A stretch of DNA of 45,487 nucleotides, taken from the NCBI GenBank assembly GCA_964629955.1, contig CAZVSA010000003.1, positions 1-45,487 of the forward strand. Direction: 5' to 3'. This DNA comes from an uncultured Luteolibacter sp. (lineage in GTDB: Bacteria > Verrucomicrobiota > Verrucomicrobiia > Verrucomicrobiales > Akkermansiaceae). The notes beneath the pieces were generated by a model that had not been told where the DNA came from, ran no database searches, and was given only the letters and a program-made list of their open reading frames with translations. The position numbers were made by a program, and so were the translations under genes. Below, one piece after another: positions 26,600 through 35,192 of the stretch; the stretch's first letter is position 1; each line of letters begins with the position of its first letter.

Positions 26600-27796
26600 T
26601 CAGAATGAGTAGTTGAGTTCGAGGGAGAAGCGGGTGGTGGTGGGGAGGTTGCTTTCGGTTTCGAAGTGGGAGAATTTCGCGATGGCGGTGAAGTGATCTC
26701 CGAATTTCTTCATGAGCACGGAATCATATTCCCATCCGAGATTGGTTGAGAAGGAATTGTCTCCGAAGGCATGGAGAACATTCGTCCATTTGATTCCGTG
26801 AAAAACAGGAAGAGTGTGGGACAGATAAGCATTGGTGATGCCTCCGTGGGTTCCGGTCGTGCGCCCGGCGATGAAAACATCGGCAAAGCCGTTGAAGGCG
26901 TGGAGCGTTGCGAGCGGCGTCTGGAATCCCGCGTCGAGATGTTCCACTCCCAATGTAAACGATTGCCCACCCAAAGTCCTGGTCGCGGATACATGGGTGT
27001 AGAGCGCATCAAGATCATTCAACGGCCCGGCTTTGTCCTGAAAGGCGATCTCGCCGTGATAGGAAATGCCACCAAAATCTCCTTTCGCGCTGATTCCGAA
27101 GGTGTTGTTGTCCCATCCCGGAAGATCGTCGAACTCCATCAAATAAATGTATGCTCCAACCGTGATGCCTCCCAATGAGGAGCAGGACGCATTGAAAAGA
27201 TGGATATCCCCGGGCATGTTTTCCAGAACCCCTCCCGCATCCGCTCCGAAAATCCGGTTCACCTGATTGATATAAGCATAGTTGAGGGTCAGATCTTCGA
27301 TTGATTGGATGGAAAAAGAGATCCCATCGTATGTCTGTTCGTTTTGTCTCCATCCGACATTTCCTATGAACGCGGCGTTGTCATAAATGATCCGCTGGCG
27401 TCCCAGTCTGGCGATGGCCCCGTATCCCGAATACTGGAAAAATGCCTGGTTCAGCTCGTTGTTCTCCGGGTCCGCGATGACCGTGTTGTTCAGGACGGCG
27501 GGATGCGCCAGAGGAGCCCCGCCATGGTAATCATCAATGACGGCCTGGGCAAATTCTCCCTCGATGAAAGCGCTGAGGCCGTTCCACTCTTTCGTTTTCA
27601 GGCCGACACGTTCGCGGAGGGTGAGAGAGTGGGAAGGATCCGCGCCGTTCACGTCGCCGAATTCGTAGCGAGCGCGGATTTCCAGAGACGGCTTGATCCA
27701 ATACTCACCGGCGGGGGAGGTGATTGCGGCGGATTCAGGTTCTCCGGCATGGACAACAAGCGTGGCGGCAAGAAAGCAGGCGGATTGTGTTTTCAT
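26600..27796 (-). CDS. alginate-export (AlgE)-family outer-membrane beta-barrel, copy 2
   Basis: Clear paralog of 19397-20593 (DPENNELNQ, FIGNVGWRQNEQTYD, FQTPLATLHAFNGFAD); ATG 27796 gives a signal peptide. Confidence 0.82.
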   Translation of the reverse strand: MKTQSACFLAATLVVHAGEPESAAITSPAGEYWIKPSLEIRARYEFGDVNGADPSHSLTLRERVGLKTKEWNGLSAFIEGEFAQAVIDDYHGGAPLAHPAVLNNTVIADPENNELNQAFFQYSGYGAIARLGRQRIIYDNAAFIGNVGWRQNEQTYDGISFSIQSIEDLTLNYAYINQVNRIFGADAGGVLENMPGDIHLFNASCSSLGGITVGAYIYLMEFDDLPGWDNNTFGISAKGDFGGISYHGEIAFQDKAGPLNDLDALYTHVSATRTLGGQSFTLGVEHLDAGFQTPLATLHAFNGFADVFIAGRTTGTHGGITNAYLSHTLPVFHGIKWTNVLHAFGDNSFSTNLGWEYDSVLMKKFGDHFTAIAKFSHFETESNLPTTTRFSLELNYSF

Positions 27797-27831
27797 GGTG
27801 ATGGCGGACTTTGTCGTCCGCATGTCTCCGC

Positions 27832-27848
27832 AGCGCGATGGCTGCCAT
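27832..27848 (-). promoter_or_regulatory. sigma54-like promoter for porin copy 2
   Basis: Minus strand reads ATGGCAGCCATCGCGCT (GG-N10-GC). Confidence 0.55.
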
Positions 27849-27895
27849 CGTCACGGATGAAAACACTTTCCGGGTGAAGATGGCTTCTGGCCGGA

Positions 27896-27910
27896 ATGAA
27901 GCACGATCAT
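27896..27910. promoter_or_regulatory. LysR-type palindromic box upstream of porin copy 2
   Basis: ATGAAGCACGATCAT, 50 bp from the -24 GG; imperfect GTGAAGATGGCTTCT 22 bp closer (27874). Confidence 0.7.
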
Positions 27911-27963
27911 GAACCGCGGCGTGCGGGAGGCTCCGGACACCATTCCATGGAAAAAGGAATTTG

Positions 27964-28425
27964 TTAAAAAAAGCGGATGCAGAACGGATAGCGGTGCCAG
28001 TCGCCGTTATTCGCGGCGACTGCCGCGAGAATTTCCGCCACCAAGGCAAGCACCGCAACCACCATGATCACCGGAAACAACAGGATGCCGACCAGAATCA
28101 ACATCAGGACCGCCATGGCGGAGACCAGACAGATCATCACGAGGAGCAGGGTCAACTGGAAATTGAGGGATTCGCGGCCATGATGATCGACGAAAGGGGA
28201 AGTGTCTTTCTTTATGATCCACAGGATCAAAGGACCAAGAAATCCGGTGAACAGCCCCAGGAGATGACACAACATGCCGAGCATCCGGTCTTCCTCTGAA
28301 ACAAGCGTGCCGCCAGGAGGACGGGGAGCGATCGGCGGGGATGGAGGCAGTTGCGGTGGTTGCGCAACCGCCCGTGGAAGATCGGGCGGAGACGAAACCG
28401 GAGCTGGATTGCCGGGAGCTTCCAT
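27964..28425 (-). CDS. DUF4870-family membrane protein
   Basis: Pro-rich N-terminus; EDRMLGMLCHL, GPLILW, FVDHHGRESLNFQ and YPFCIRF motifs. Confidence 0.85.
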   Translation of the reverse strand: MEAPGNPAPVSSPPDLPRAVAQPPQLPPSPPIAPRPPGGTLVSEEDRMLGMLCHLLGLFTGFLGPLILWIIKKDTSPFVDHHGRESLNFQLTLLLVMICLVSAMAVLMLILVGILLFPVIMVVAVLALVAEILAAVAANNGDWHRYPFCIRFF

Positions 28426-28430
28426 GGTTG

Positions 28431-29942
28431 TCAGGGAGCCGGAGTCGCGAGGAAGTTCACCAGATCGTCACGGGTTTTGGCCAGGTCCGGAGGATTGAGA
28501 TAAAACATGTGTCCCGCATCGTAGAAGGTATAGCTTACGTTCCTACGAAGATTTTCGGAGACGTTCAGCATGTGCCGGAGCGAATGGAAAATTCCTTCCG
28601 GAGGCGTTGCAAGATCGGTGTGCCCCCCCATCACCAGCACGCGGAGATGGGGATTGTCGCGGAGGGCGGTGGAGAGACGCCCGCTGAGGTTCACAATGGA
28701 ATTTTCGGAGCCCCATTTCCATGGATGAACCTTGCCTGTTAGAATTTCATAGGGCCGCTCGTCCTTCCATCCGAGGTCGCGCCCCAGATAATCGAGCATC
28801 GCGGTGGAGAAAGCGCCGAAAGCGAGGGAATAGGATGGATCGTAGCCCGGCCATTGTTCGGCGGGGTTCGGTGCATCCCAGGCAACACGCCCGTCAAACC
28901 GGCCGAGCACCTTGCCCTCGTTCCTCAACAGCTCCGACCGGAAGAGCGAAGGGGAAATTCTAAGGTTGTGCCTGATCCACATTTCCGAGGGGATGCCGCT
29001 TAGTTTTTCCAATTTCGCGGCCACGGTATCGCGGACCTCCGGTGCCAGTGTGTTTCCGGCCAACAGCGCGAATGCATACCCGGCGAAGGCGAAATCGGCC
29101 GCCTCTTTGACAAGGGCATCCCGGTCTCCCTGAATCTTTCCATGGAAATGCGCCGTCCCGGTGAAAACCGGCAGGAAACAGGAATAACTCAGGTCGCTGC
29201 CATGCGAGGTGGAAAGCGTTCGGAAGTCCAACAACGAAGATAGTAAAACCACGCCATTGAGGCTCATCCCGTAGCGGGATTGCAGGTGTTCCGCCAGCCC
29301 GGCGGCCCGGATTCCTCCGTATGATTCACCTAACAGATATTTCGGCGACGCCCACCGTTTGTGTTCGGTGATCCAGCGCCGGATGAAGTCTCCGACGGAA
29401 TTGATGTCACCTTCAAGACCATGGAATTCATCCGCCTTGGTGTCCTTTTCACTGCGGCTGTATCCGGTGGAGACGGGATCGATGAAGACCAGATCGCAAA
29501 CGTCCAGAATGCTGAAATCATTGTCGATCAGGCGGGTGGGGGGGCTGGGAGGAACGGTCCCATCACCGGGCAGATCCACCCGTTTCGGACCGAGGCCGCC
29601 CAAATGAAGCCATACGGAGGAAGAGCCGGGACCGCCATTGAACGCAAACATCACCGGGCGCGAAGTCAGATCCTCCACATCGCTTCGCTCGTAGCTGACA
29701 TGAAAAATGGACGCGCGGGCTTTGCCTTCGTCGTCGAGCAGTTGCAGCATCCCGGTAGTGGCGGTGTAGGGAATTTTCCTGCCACCGATCATCACCTCGG
29801 CCTCCCGGATCACCGGTTCCCTGGATGCTTGGGCTGCGGAGGAGGTGTCGGCTTTTTGTTCGGAAGATTCGGAGAGAACGGGCTCGGAGGTGGCCTGGAC
29901 GGCGGCACAAGCCCAAAGGACGGAGCAAACAAGGGGACGCAT
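28431..29942 (-). CDS. serine carboxypeptidase, S10 family (secreted)
   Basis: FNGGPGSSS, FIDPVSTGYS, catalytic GESYGG, DLATP and AGHMFY motifs; ATG 29942 gives a signal peptide. Confidence 0.9.
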   Translation of the reverse strand: MRPLVCSVLWACAAVQATSEPVLSESSEQKADTSSAAQASREPVIREAEVMIGGRKIPYTATTGMLQLLDDEGKARASIFHVSYERSDVEDLTSRPVMFAFNGGPGSSSVWLHLGGLGPKRVDLPGDGTVPPSPPTRLIDNDFSILDVCDLVFIDPVSTGYSRSEKDTKADEFHGLEGDINSVGDFIRRWITEHKRWASPKYLLGESYGGIRAAGLAEHLQSRYGMSLNGVVLLSSLLDFRTLSTSHGSDLSYSCFLPVFTGTAHFHGKIQGDRDALVKEAADFAFAGYAFALLAGNTLAPEVRDTVAAKLEKLSGIPSEMWIRHNLRISPSLFRSELLRNEGKVLGRFDGRVAWDAPNPAEQWPGYDPSYSLAFGAFSTAMLDYLGRDLGWKDERPYEILTGKVHPWKWGSENSIVNLSGRLSTALRDNPHLRVLVMGGHTDLATPPEGIFHSLRHMLNVSENLRRNVSYTFYDAGHMFYLNPPDLAKTRDDLVNFLATPAP

Positions 29943-30041
29943 GGGCGAAACTCTAGCGGATGGGATGGCCTTGTCCATTTCGAGCTTTCGGCGAGATGAA
30001 TGTTGGAGAAATCCGTGAATTTCCTCTATGGAGCGCGCGCG

Positions 30042-30626
30042 ATGATTGAAATTGTCCGGCTTACCGGTTCTGGAATCCTTTCTTGCCTGGAGGATCTGGC
30101 CAATCTTCGGATCAAGGTTTTCCGGGAGTTTCCGTATCTTTACGATGGCTCCATCGGCTATGAGCGCGACTATTTGGCAAGCTACGCGGAATGCCCGGAA
30201 TCGGTGGTCGTGTTGGCGACCGATGGAGACAAGATTGTCGGGGCGTCGACCGGGCTGCCGCTTGTGGTTGCGGATCCCGGATTCCGGAAACCCTTTGAAG
30301 GAGCCGGGGCGCGAATGGACGAAATTTTCTATTTCGGAGAATCTGTTCTGGAAAAATCGGCTCGCGGCCAAGGAATCGGACATCGGTTTTTCGACGAGCG
30401 GGAAAACCATGCCGTGGCACTCGGGTTCCGGGTCGCGACTTTTTGCTCGGTGGTCCGCCCGGAAGACCATCCGCGGAAGCCCGCCGGTTATCGAACCCAC
30501 GATGCGTTCTGGTCAAAACGAGGCTACGAGAAACAACCGGATCTTGTCGCAGAGCTGGCTTGGCGTGAAATCGGTGATCGTCAGGATGTTATGAATCGTC
30601 TTGCATTTTGGACAAAGAAACTTTAA
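30042..30626 (+). CDS. GNAT-family N-acetyltransferase
   Basis: LRIKVFREFPYLYDG, YFGESVL, acetyl-CoA motif RGQGIG and FWSKRGY. Confidence 0.85.
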   Translation: MIEIVRLTGSGILSCLEDLANLRIKVFREFPYLYDGSIGYERDYLASYAECPESVVVLATDGDKIVGASTGLPLVVADPGFRKPFEGAGARMDEIFYFGESVLEKSARGQGIGHRFFDERENHAVALGFRVATFCSVVRPEDHPRKPAGYRTHDAFWSKRGYEKQPDLVAELAWREIGDRQDVMNRLAFWTKKL

Positions 30627-30740
30627 AACTTGTTACAATGTATGTAATGCGGAATTGAAAAGAACGTCTGCCAAGCCATCGGGTAGCTTTGGTGTTGAAT
30701 TTGACGACGCAAGAGCTTTGCGCGGAGGGCGAATCGCGGC

Positions 30741-31610
30741 TCAAGGAGCCACGATTTCCCCGTAGGATTCCGGCCTGCGGTCCCGGTAGAACTGCCATAC
30801 GTTCCGGACTTCCTCGATCGCTTCCAGATCGAGATCGGCCACCAGCAATTCCGTCCGGTCCCGGCTCGCTACGGCAACCATTTGCCCGCGCGGATCGCAG
30901 AAGTAGGACTGGCCGTAGAACTCACCGATGTTCCAGGGAGCCTCGGTGCCCACACGGTTGATCGCTCCGATGAAATACCCGTTCGCCGCGGCGTGCGCGG
31001 GCTGCTCCAGTTTCCATAGGTATTCGCTCAATCCCGCAACCGTGGCGGATGGGTTGAAAACGATTTCCGCTCCGTTCAATCCGAGACAACGCGCTCCCTC
31101 GGGAAAATGCCGGTCATAGCAAATGTAAACTCCGATTTTTCCCACCGCCGTCTGGAACACGGGATAGCCCAGATTGCCGGGTCGGAAATAGAATTTCTCC
31201 CAGAACCCGGGATGGCAGTGCGGAATGTGATGCTTCCGGTATTTCCCCAGAAACGTGCCGTCCGCGTCGATCACCGATGCCGTGTTGTAATAAATTCCCG
31301 CTTGTTCCACTTCGTAGATGGGAACGATGAGGACCATTCCGAGGCGCTTGGCCGTTTCCATCATGAGCCGGGTCGTGGGTCCGTCCGGAATCGATTCGGT
31401 GATGGAATACCACCGCATCTCCTGCTCCGCGCAAAAGTAGGGACCGTAGAAAAGCTCCTGCAGGCAGAGAACCTGCACGCCCTGCTTCGCGGCCTCCTCG
31501 ATGAGGGCCATGTGCTTGTCGATCATCGCGCTGCGGATCACCGAAGGATCGGCGTCGCCGGGATGGGTGGAGGATGCCTGGATCAGGCCGGCTTTGACGA
31601 TGCGGGACAT
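30741..31610 (-). CDS. nitrilase-superfamily beta-ureidopropionase (N-carbamoyl-beta-alanine amidohydrolase)
   Basis: Catalytic triad in CLQELF, YRKHHIP and ICYDRHFPE; FWEKFYF; pyrimidine-catabolism context. Confidence 0.85.
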   Translation of the reverse strand: MSRIVKAGLIQASSTHPGDADPSVIRSAMIDKHMALIEEAAKQGVQVLCLQELFYGPYFCAEQEMRWYSITESIPDGPTTRLMMETAKRLGMVLIVPIYEVEQAGIYYNTASVIDADGTFLGKYRKHHIPHCHPGFWEKFYFRPGNLGYPVFQTAVGKIGVYICYDRHFPEGARCLGLNGAEIVFNPSATVAGLSEYLWKLEQPAHAAANGYFIGAINRVGTEAPWNIGEFYGQSYFCDPRGQMVAVASRDRTELLVADLDLEAIEEVRNVWQFYRDRRPESYGEIVAP

Positions 31611-31640
31611 TGGTTCTCTGACTTTTAAGGACTTGCCGGG

Positions 31641-31657
31641 ATGGCACGGAAGTCGCT
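31641..31657 (+). promoter_or_regulatory. sigma54-like promoter for the mmsA-hydA operon
   Basis: ATGGCACGGAAGTCGCT (TGGCACG, GG-N10-GC). Confidence 0.6.
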
Positions 31658-31662
31658 ATCAA

Positions 31663-31679
31663 AGCGATGTGCGTGCCAA
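31663..31679 (-). promoter_or_regulatory. sigma54-like promoter for the beta-ureidopropionase gene
   Basis: Minus strand reads TTGGCACGCACATCGCT (TGGCACG, GG-N10-GC). Confidence 0.6.
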
Positions 31680-31697
31680 GATCCCTTTCTTCAAACC

Positions 31698-33197
31698 ATG
31701 ATCCCGCCCTCCGTGCAAGCCTGCCCTAATCTGATCGGCGGCCAATGGCTGGCGGCGAAGGGCCGTGAAACCTCCCCGGTCTTCAACCCCTCCCGTGGAA
31801 CGGTGATCGCCGGAGTCCCGATGTGCGGCGCGAAAGAGGTGGGCGAAGCCGTCGCCGCGGCGCAAGCCGCCTTTCCAGACTGGCGTGACACCCCGCCGAA
31901 CGAACGCGCCCAGATTTTCTTCCGCCTGAAGATCCTTCTTGAGGACGCCTTCGAGGAACTCTGCCTCGGCATCGCCACCGAGCATGGAAAAACCCTCTCC
32001 GAGGCCCGCGGAGATCTCCGCCGCGGCATTGAGGTCGTCGAGTTCGCCTGCGGCATCCCCACCCTGCTCATGGGCGAGAGCCTCGAAAACATCGCCCGCG
32101 GCATCGACTGCCACACCGACCGCCATCCTCTCGGCGTCGTCGCCGGCATCTGCCCGTTCAACTTTCCCGCGCTCGTCCCGATGTGGATGTGGCCCATCGC
32201 CCTCGCCTGCGGAAACACCTTCCTCCTGAAGCCCAGCGAAAAGGTTCCCCTCACCATGCAACGCATCGCCGGTCTCATGGAAAAAGCAGGCCTCCCGCCC
32301 GGCGTTTTCAACATCGTCCATGGTGGCCGGGAATGCGTCGATGCCATCCTCGAACACCCCGGCATCAAGGCCATCAGCTTCGTCGGTTCCACTCCCGTCG
32401 CCCGCGAAATTCACCGCAAGGGAACTTCCCTCGGCAAGCGGATTCAGGCTGCGGGCGGCGCGAAAAATTTCATCGTTCTCATGCCTGACGCCGATCAGGA
32501 CCGCACCGTCGAGGCGGTGAAAGACGGAGCCTTCGGTTGCGCCGGAGAACGCTGCATGGCCGGATCTACTGCGGTCGCCGTAGGTGATGCGGGCGACAAA
32601 CTCCTCCCCGCCCTCGCCGATCTCGTGAAGTCCATGAAAGTCGGCCCCACCGACATCCGCGATTCCCAGCCCGACATGGGAGCCGTCATTTCCTCCGAAC
32701 ACAAATCCCGCGTCGCCGGCCTCGTCGATGCCGGGGAACGGGCCGGAGCGAAGGTCCTCGCCGACGGCCGCGCGGCGAAAAGCGACGACGCCCCCGATGG
32801 ATTTTTCCTCGGTCCCACCGTCATCGACCACGTCACCCCCGCCAATCCTCTCATGGAAACCGAGGTCTTCGGCCCCGTCCTCGCCGTCATGCGCGCCAAA
32901 ACCCTCGACGACGCCATCGCCGAAGCCAACAAGCAGTCCTTCGGCAACGGAGCCGCCATCTTCACCAACTCCGGCAAGGCCGCCCGCGAATTCCGCCGCC
33001 GTGTCAGCGCCGGCATGGTCGGCATCAATGTCGGCGTTCCCGCACCGCTCGCCTACTTCCCCTTCTCAGGCTGGAACGATTCCTTTTTCGGCGACCTTCA
33101 CATCCAGGGCAGGGAAGGTGTGGAATTCTACACCCAGCGCAAAACCACCACCACCCGCTGGTTCAGCTTCGGCGACGGGGAAATCTGGGCGAAGTAG
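31698..33197 (+). CDS. mmsA: CoA-acylating (methyl)malonate-semialdehyde dehydrogenase
   Basis: PFNFPA, KPSEKVP, SFVGST, GGAKN, AGERCMA, EVFGPVL and FFGDLH motifs; ATG 31698. Confidence 0.92.
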   Translation: MIPPSVQACPNLIGGQWLAAKGRETSPVFNPSRGTVIAGVPMCGAKEVGEAVAAAQAAFPDWRDTPPNERAQIFFRLKILLEDAFEELCLGIATEHGKTLSEARGDLRRGIEVVEFACGIPTLLMGESLENIARGIDCHTDRHPLGVVAGICPFNFPALVPMWMWPIALACGNTFLLKPSEKVPLTMQRIAGLMEKAGLPPGVFNIVHGGRECVDAILEHPGIKAISFVGSTPVAREIHRKGTSLGKRIQAAGGAKNFIVLMPDADQDRTVEAVKDGAFGCAGERCMAGSTAVAVGDAGDKLLPALADLVKSMKVGPTDIRDSQPDMGAVISSEHKSRVAGLVDAGERAGAKVLADGRAAKSDDAPDGFFLGPTVIDHVTPANPLMETEVFGPVLAVMRAKTLDDAIAEANKQSFGNGAAIFTNSGKAAREFRRRVSAGMVGINVGVPAPLAYFPFSGWNDSFFGDLHIQGREGVEFYTQRKTTTTRWFSFGDGEIWAK

Positions 33198-33209
33198 GAT
33201 CAGGACGAA

Positions 33210-35192
33210 ATGATTTTCCCCAAATCCATTTTCCTTCTTCCCGCAACCCTGGTCCCTGTCCTGGCCATGGAAGCCGGCTTCGACAGCGACCGCCACCCGG
33301 TTTCCAACATCCATCCGCGCCTCCTGGGCACCGCGGAGGAACTCAGAGAACTCTCCAAGCAACGCCCCCAGGCTTACGAACGGGTCAAGGCAACCGCCGG
33401 TGACGGGGACGCACCGGACCACCAGCGGCTGATCTCGCAGGCCCTCCTCAGTGCCATCGAAGACGACGCCACACACGCACGGAAGGCGATCGAAACGATC
33501 AACGGCTACGTGGCAAACGGCATCCGCCGCGGACATGTTCCCTTCGGCCACGACATCGCTCTCGGCGGCATCGTTTTCGACCTGTGCCACGCGCACTGGA
33601 GCGAAGCCGAGCGAAAGGCCTTCATCCATCACTTCAACGCCACCGCGGAGGCCAACGAGGATTATGGCTCCAGCGTTTTCCACAACGGCTGGTGGGGTTA
33701 CAAAAACTGGGGGCTCGGCATTGCCGCCTACGCCACGTGGCACGAGAACGAAAACGCCCGCTCCATCCTGGCGGCCATCGAACGCGACTACCGGAATCGC
33801 GCCGCCCCGGCCCTGCAACTCGCCGGTGCGAACGGCGGTTGGGCGGAAGGGTATTACATCCATTACTTTCTCTACGACTGGCTCGTCTTCTGCGAAGTCG
33901 CGCGCCGTTCCGAAGGGATCGACTATCACGCGCTCGCTCCGGATTTTTATCGGAACCGCGCCGCCGCCTGCATGTTCGAGATGTATCCCGGCATTGGCAC
34001 CTATCATTCCCGCCGCCCTGTCCCCTGCGGCGATGGCGGCGGCCAGATCTTCGGCGGAGAACGGGACAAGGCTCTCTCCGCGCGCCGCATCCTTGCGGGA
34101 CGCTACCGGGATGATCCGGATCACCAGACGGTCCACACCTACAATCAACAAACGCCGCGCAGCTCCGTGGGCGTAAACGCTTACAAGGATTTCCTCTGGC
34201 ACGACGCCTCCATCGAAGAAGGCAATTTGGAAACCTTCCGGCTTTCCCACCACAGTACGGGGGCCGGGCACATTCACGCCCGCGGCGATTGGTCGGAAAA
34301 CGCGACGTATTTTTTCTTCAAGGCGAGCGACCGCTTCACCTCGCATCAGCACCTCGATGCCGGGCATTTCCTGATCCATCACCACGACCAGCTCGCCGGC
34401 GATGGCGGCCATTACGACGAATTCGGCAGCCTTCACGATGTGAACTATCACCTCCGAACCATCGCCCACAACACGATCCTCATCCACGATCCCCGGGAAA
34501 CCTGGCCGGCGATCCGCGGCGGAACCGTCACCGGAAATGACGGAGGCCAGCATCACAACTTTCCCCACCACAACGGTTCGGTAGATGACCCGCTCCAATG
34601 GCACGAAACATCGCGGATTCACGATCTAACCGACATCATCGAATTCAGGGACAACGGGGACCATCTCCACATCGCCGCGGATCTCACCCGCGCCTACTCG
34701 CCGGACAAGCTGGAGAGCTTCACCCGCCAGATTGTTTATCTGCGCCCCTCTACTTTCATTGTCTTCGACCGCGTCCGCTCCACCGATCCGTCCTTTGCGA
34801 AAAGCTGGGTGATCAATGTCATGACACCGCCCGAAAACCGGGATGGCCAATGGATCGTCACCCATGGCAAAGGCCGCCTCTTTCTCCGGACCCTCCTTCC
34901 CGCGGACACAACATCCAAGGTTTTTTCCGGTGACGATCTCTATCGCTACGACGGCGGCCACTTCCCGCCGTCCCGCGATACCGGCCTCGTCCCCTCCGCC
35001 CGCCTGCACATCTCTCCCGCGAATCCCGCCAAGGAAGATTTCTTTCTCAACGTCCTCCACGCGGCGGGCACGGATACGGAAACCTCTCCCGAAGCGACCC
35101 TCCATTGGCAGAACGGCCACGCCACCGTCCGCACCGGAGGGCGCGCGATCACCTTTTCCACCAACGGCAAACCAACCGCAGAAATCCAATGA
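33210..35192 (+). CDS. heparinase II/III-family polysaccharide-lyase-like secreted protein
   Basis: Signal-like N-terminus; FHNG, GGWAEGYY, SHQHLDAGHF, LAGDGGHY, RTIAHNT and IVFDRV motifs. Confidence 0.75.
   Translation: MIFPKSIFLLPATLVPVLAMEAGFDSDRHPVSNIHPRLLGTAEELRELSKQRPQAYERVKATAGDGDAPDHQRLISQALLSAIEDDATHARKAIETINGYVANGIRRGHVPFGHDIALGGIVFDLCHAHWSEAERKAFIHHFNATAEANEDYGSSVFHNGWWGYKNWGLGIAAYATWHENENARSILAAIERDYRNRAAPALQLAGANGGWAEGYYIHYFLYDWLVFCEVARRSEGIDYHALAPDFYRNRAAACMFEMYPGIGTYHSRRPVPCGDGGGQIFGGERDKALSARRILAGRYRDDPDHQTVHTYNQQTPRSSVGVNAYKDFLWHDASIEEGNLETFRLSHHSTGAGHIHARGDWSENATYFFFKASDRFTSHQHLDAGHFLIHHHDQLAGDGGHYDEFGSLHDVNYHLRTIAHNTILIHDPRETWPAIRGGTVTGNDGGQHHNFPHHNGSVDDPLQWHETSRIHDLTDIIEFRDNGDHLHIAADLTRAYSPDKLESFTRQIVYLRPSTFIVFDRVRSTDPSFAKSWVINVMTPPENRDGQWIVTHGKGRLFLRTLLPADTTSKVFSGDDLYRYDGGHFPPSRDTGLVPSARLHISPANPAKEDFFLNVLHAAGTDTETSPEATLHWQNGHATVRTGGRAITFSTNGKPTAEIQ

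Noticed and set aside
29943..30500. Long N-terminal extensions in the ORF track (S10 peptidase to 30500, nrtC to 15711, flavodoxin to 11478, hydA from 35105, glmS to 43214, acetyltransferase to 44131)
   Set aside because: They overlap neighbouring genes; downstream starts match family N-termini, for example MCGIVG for GlmS.
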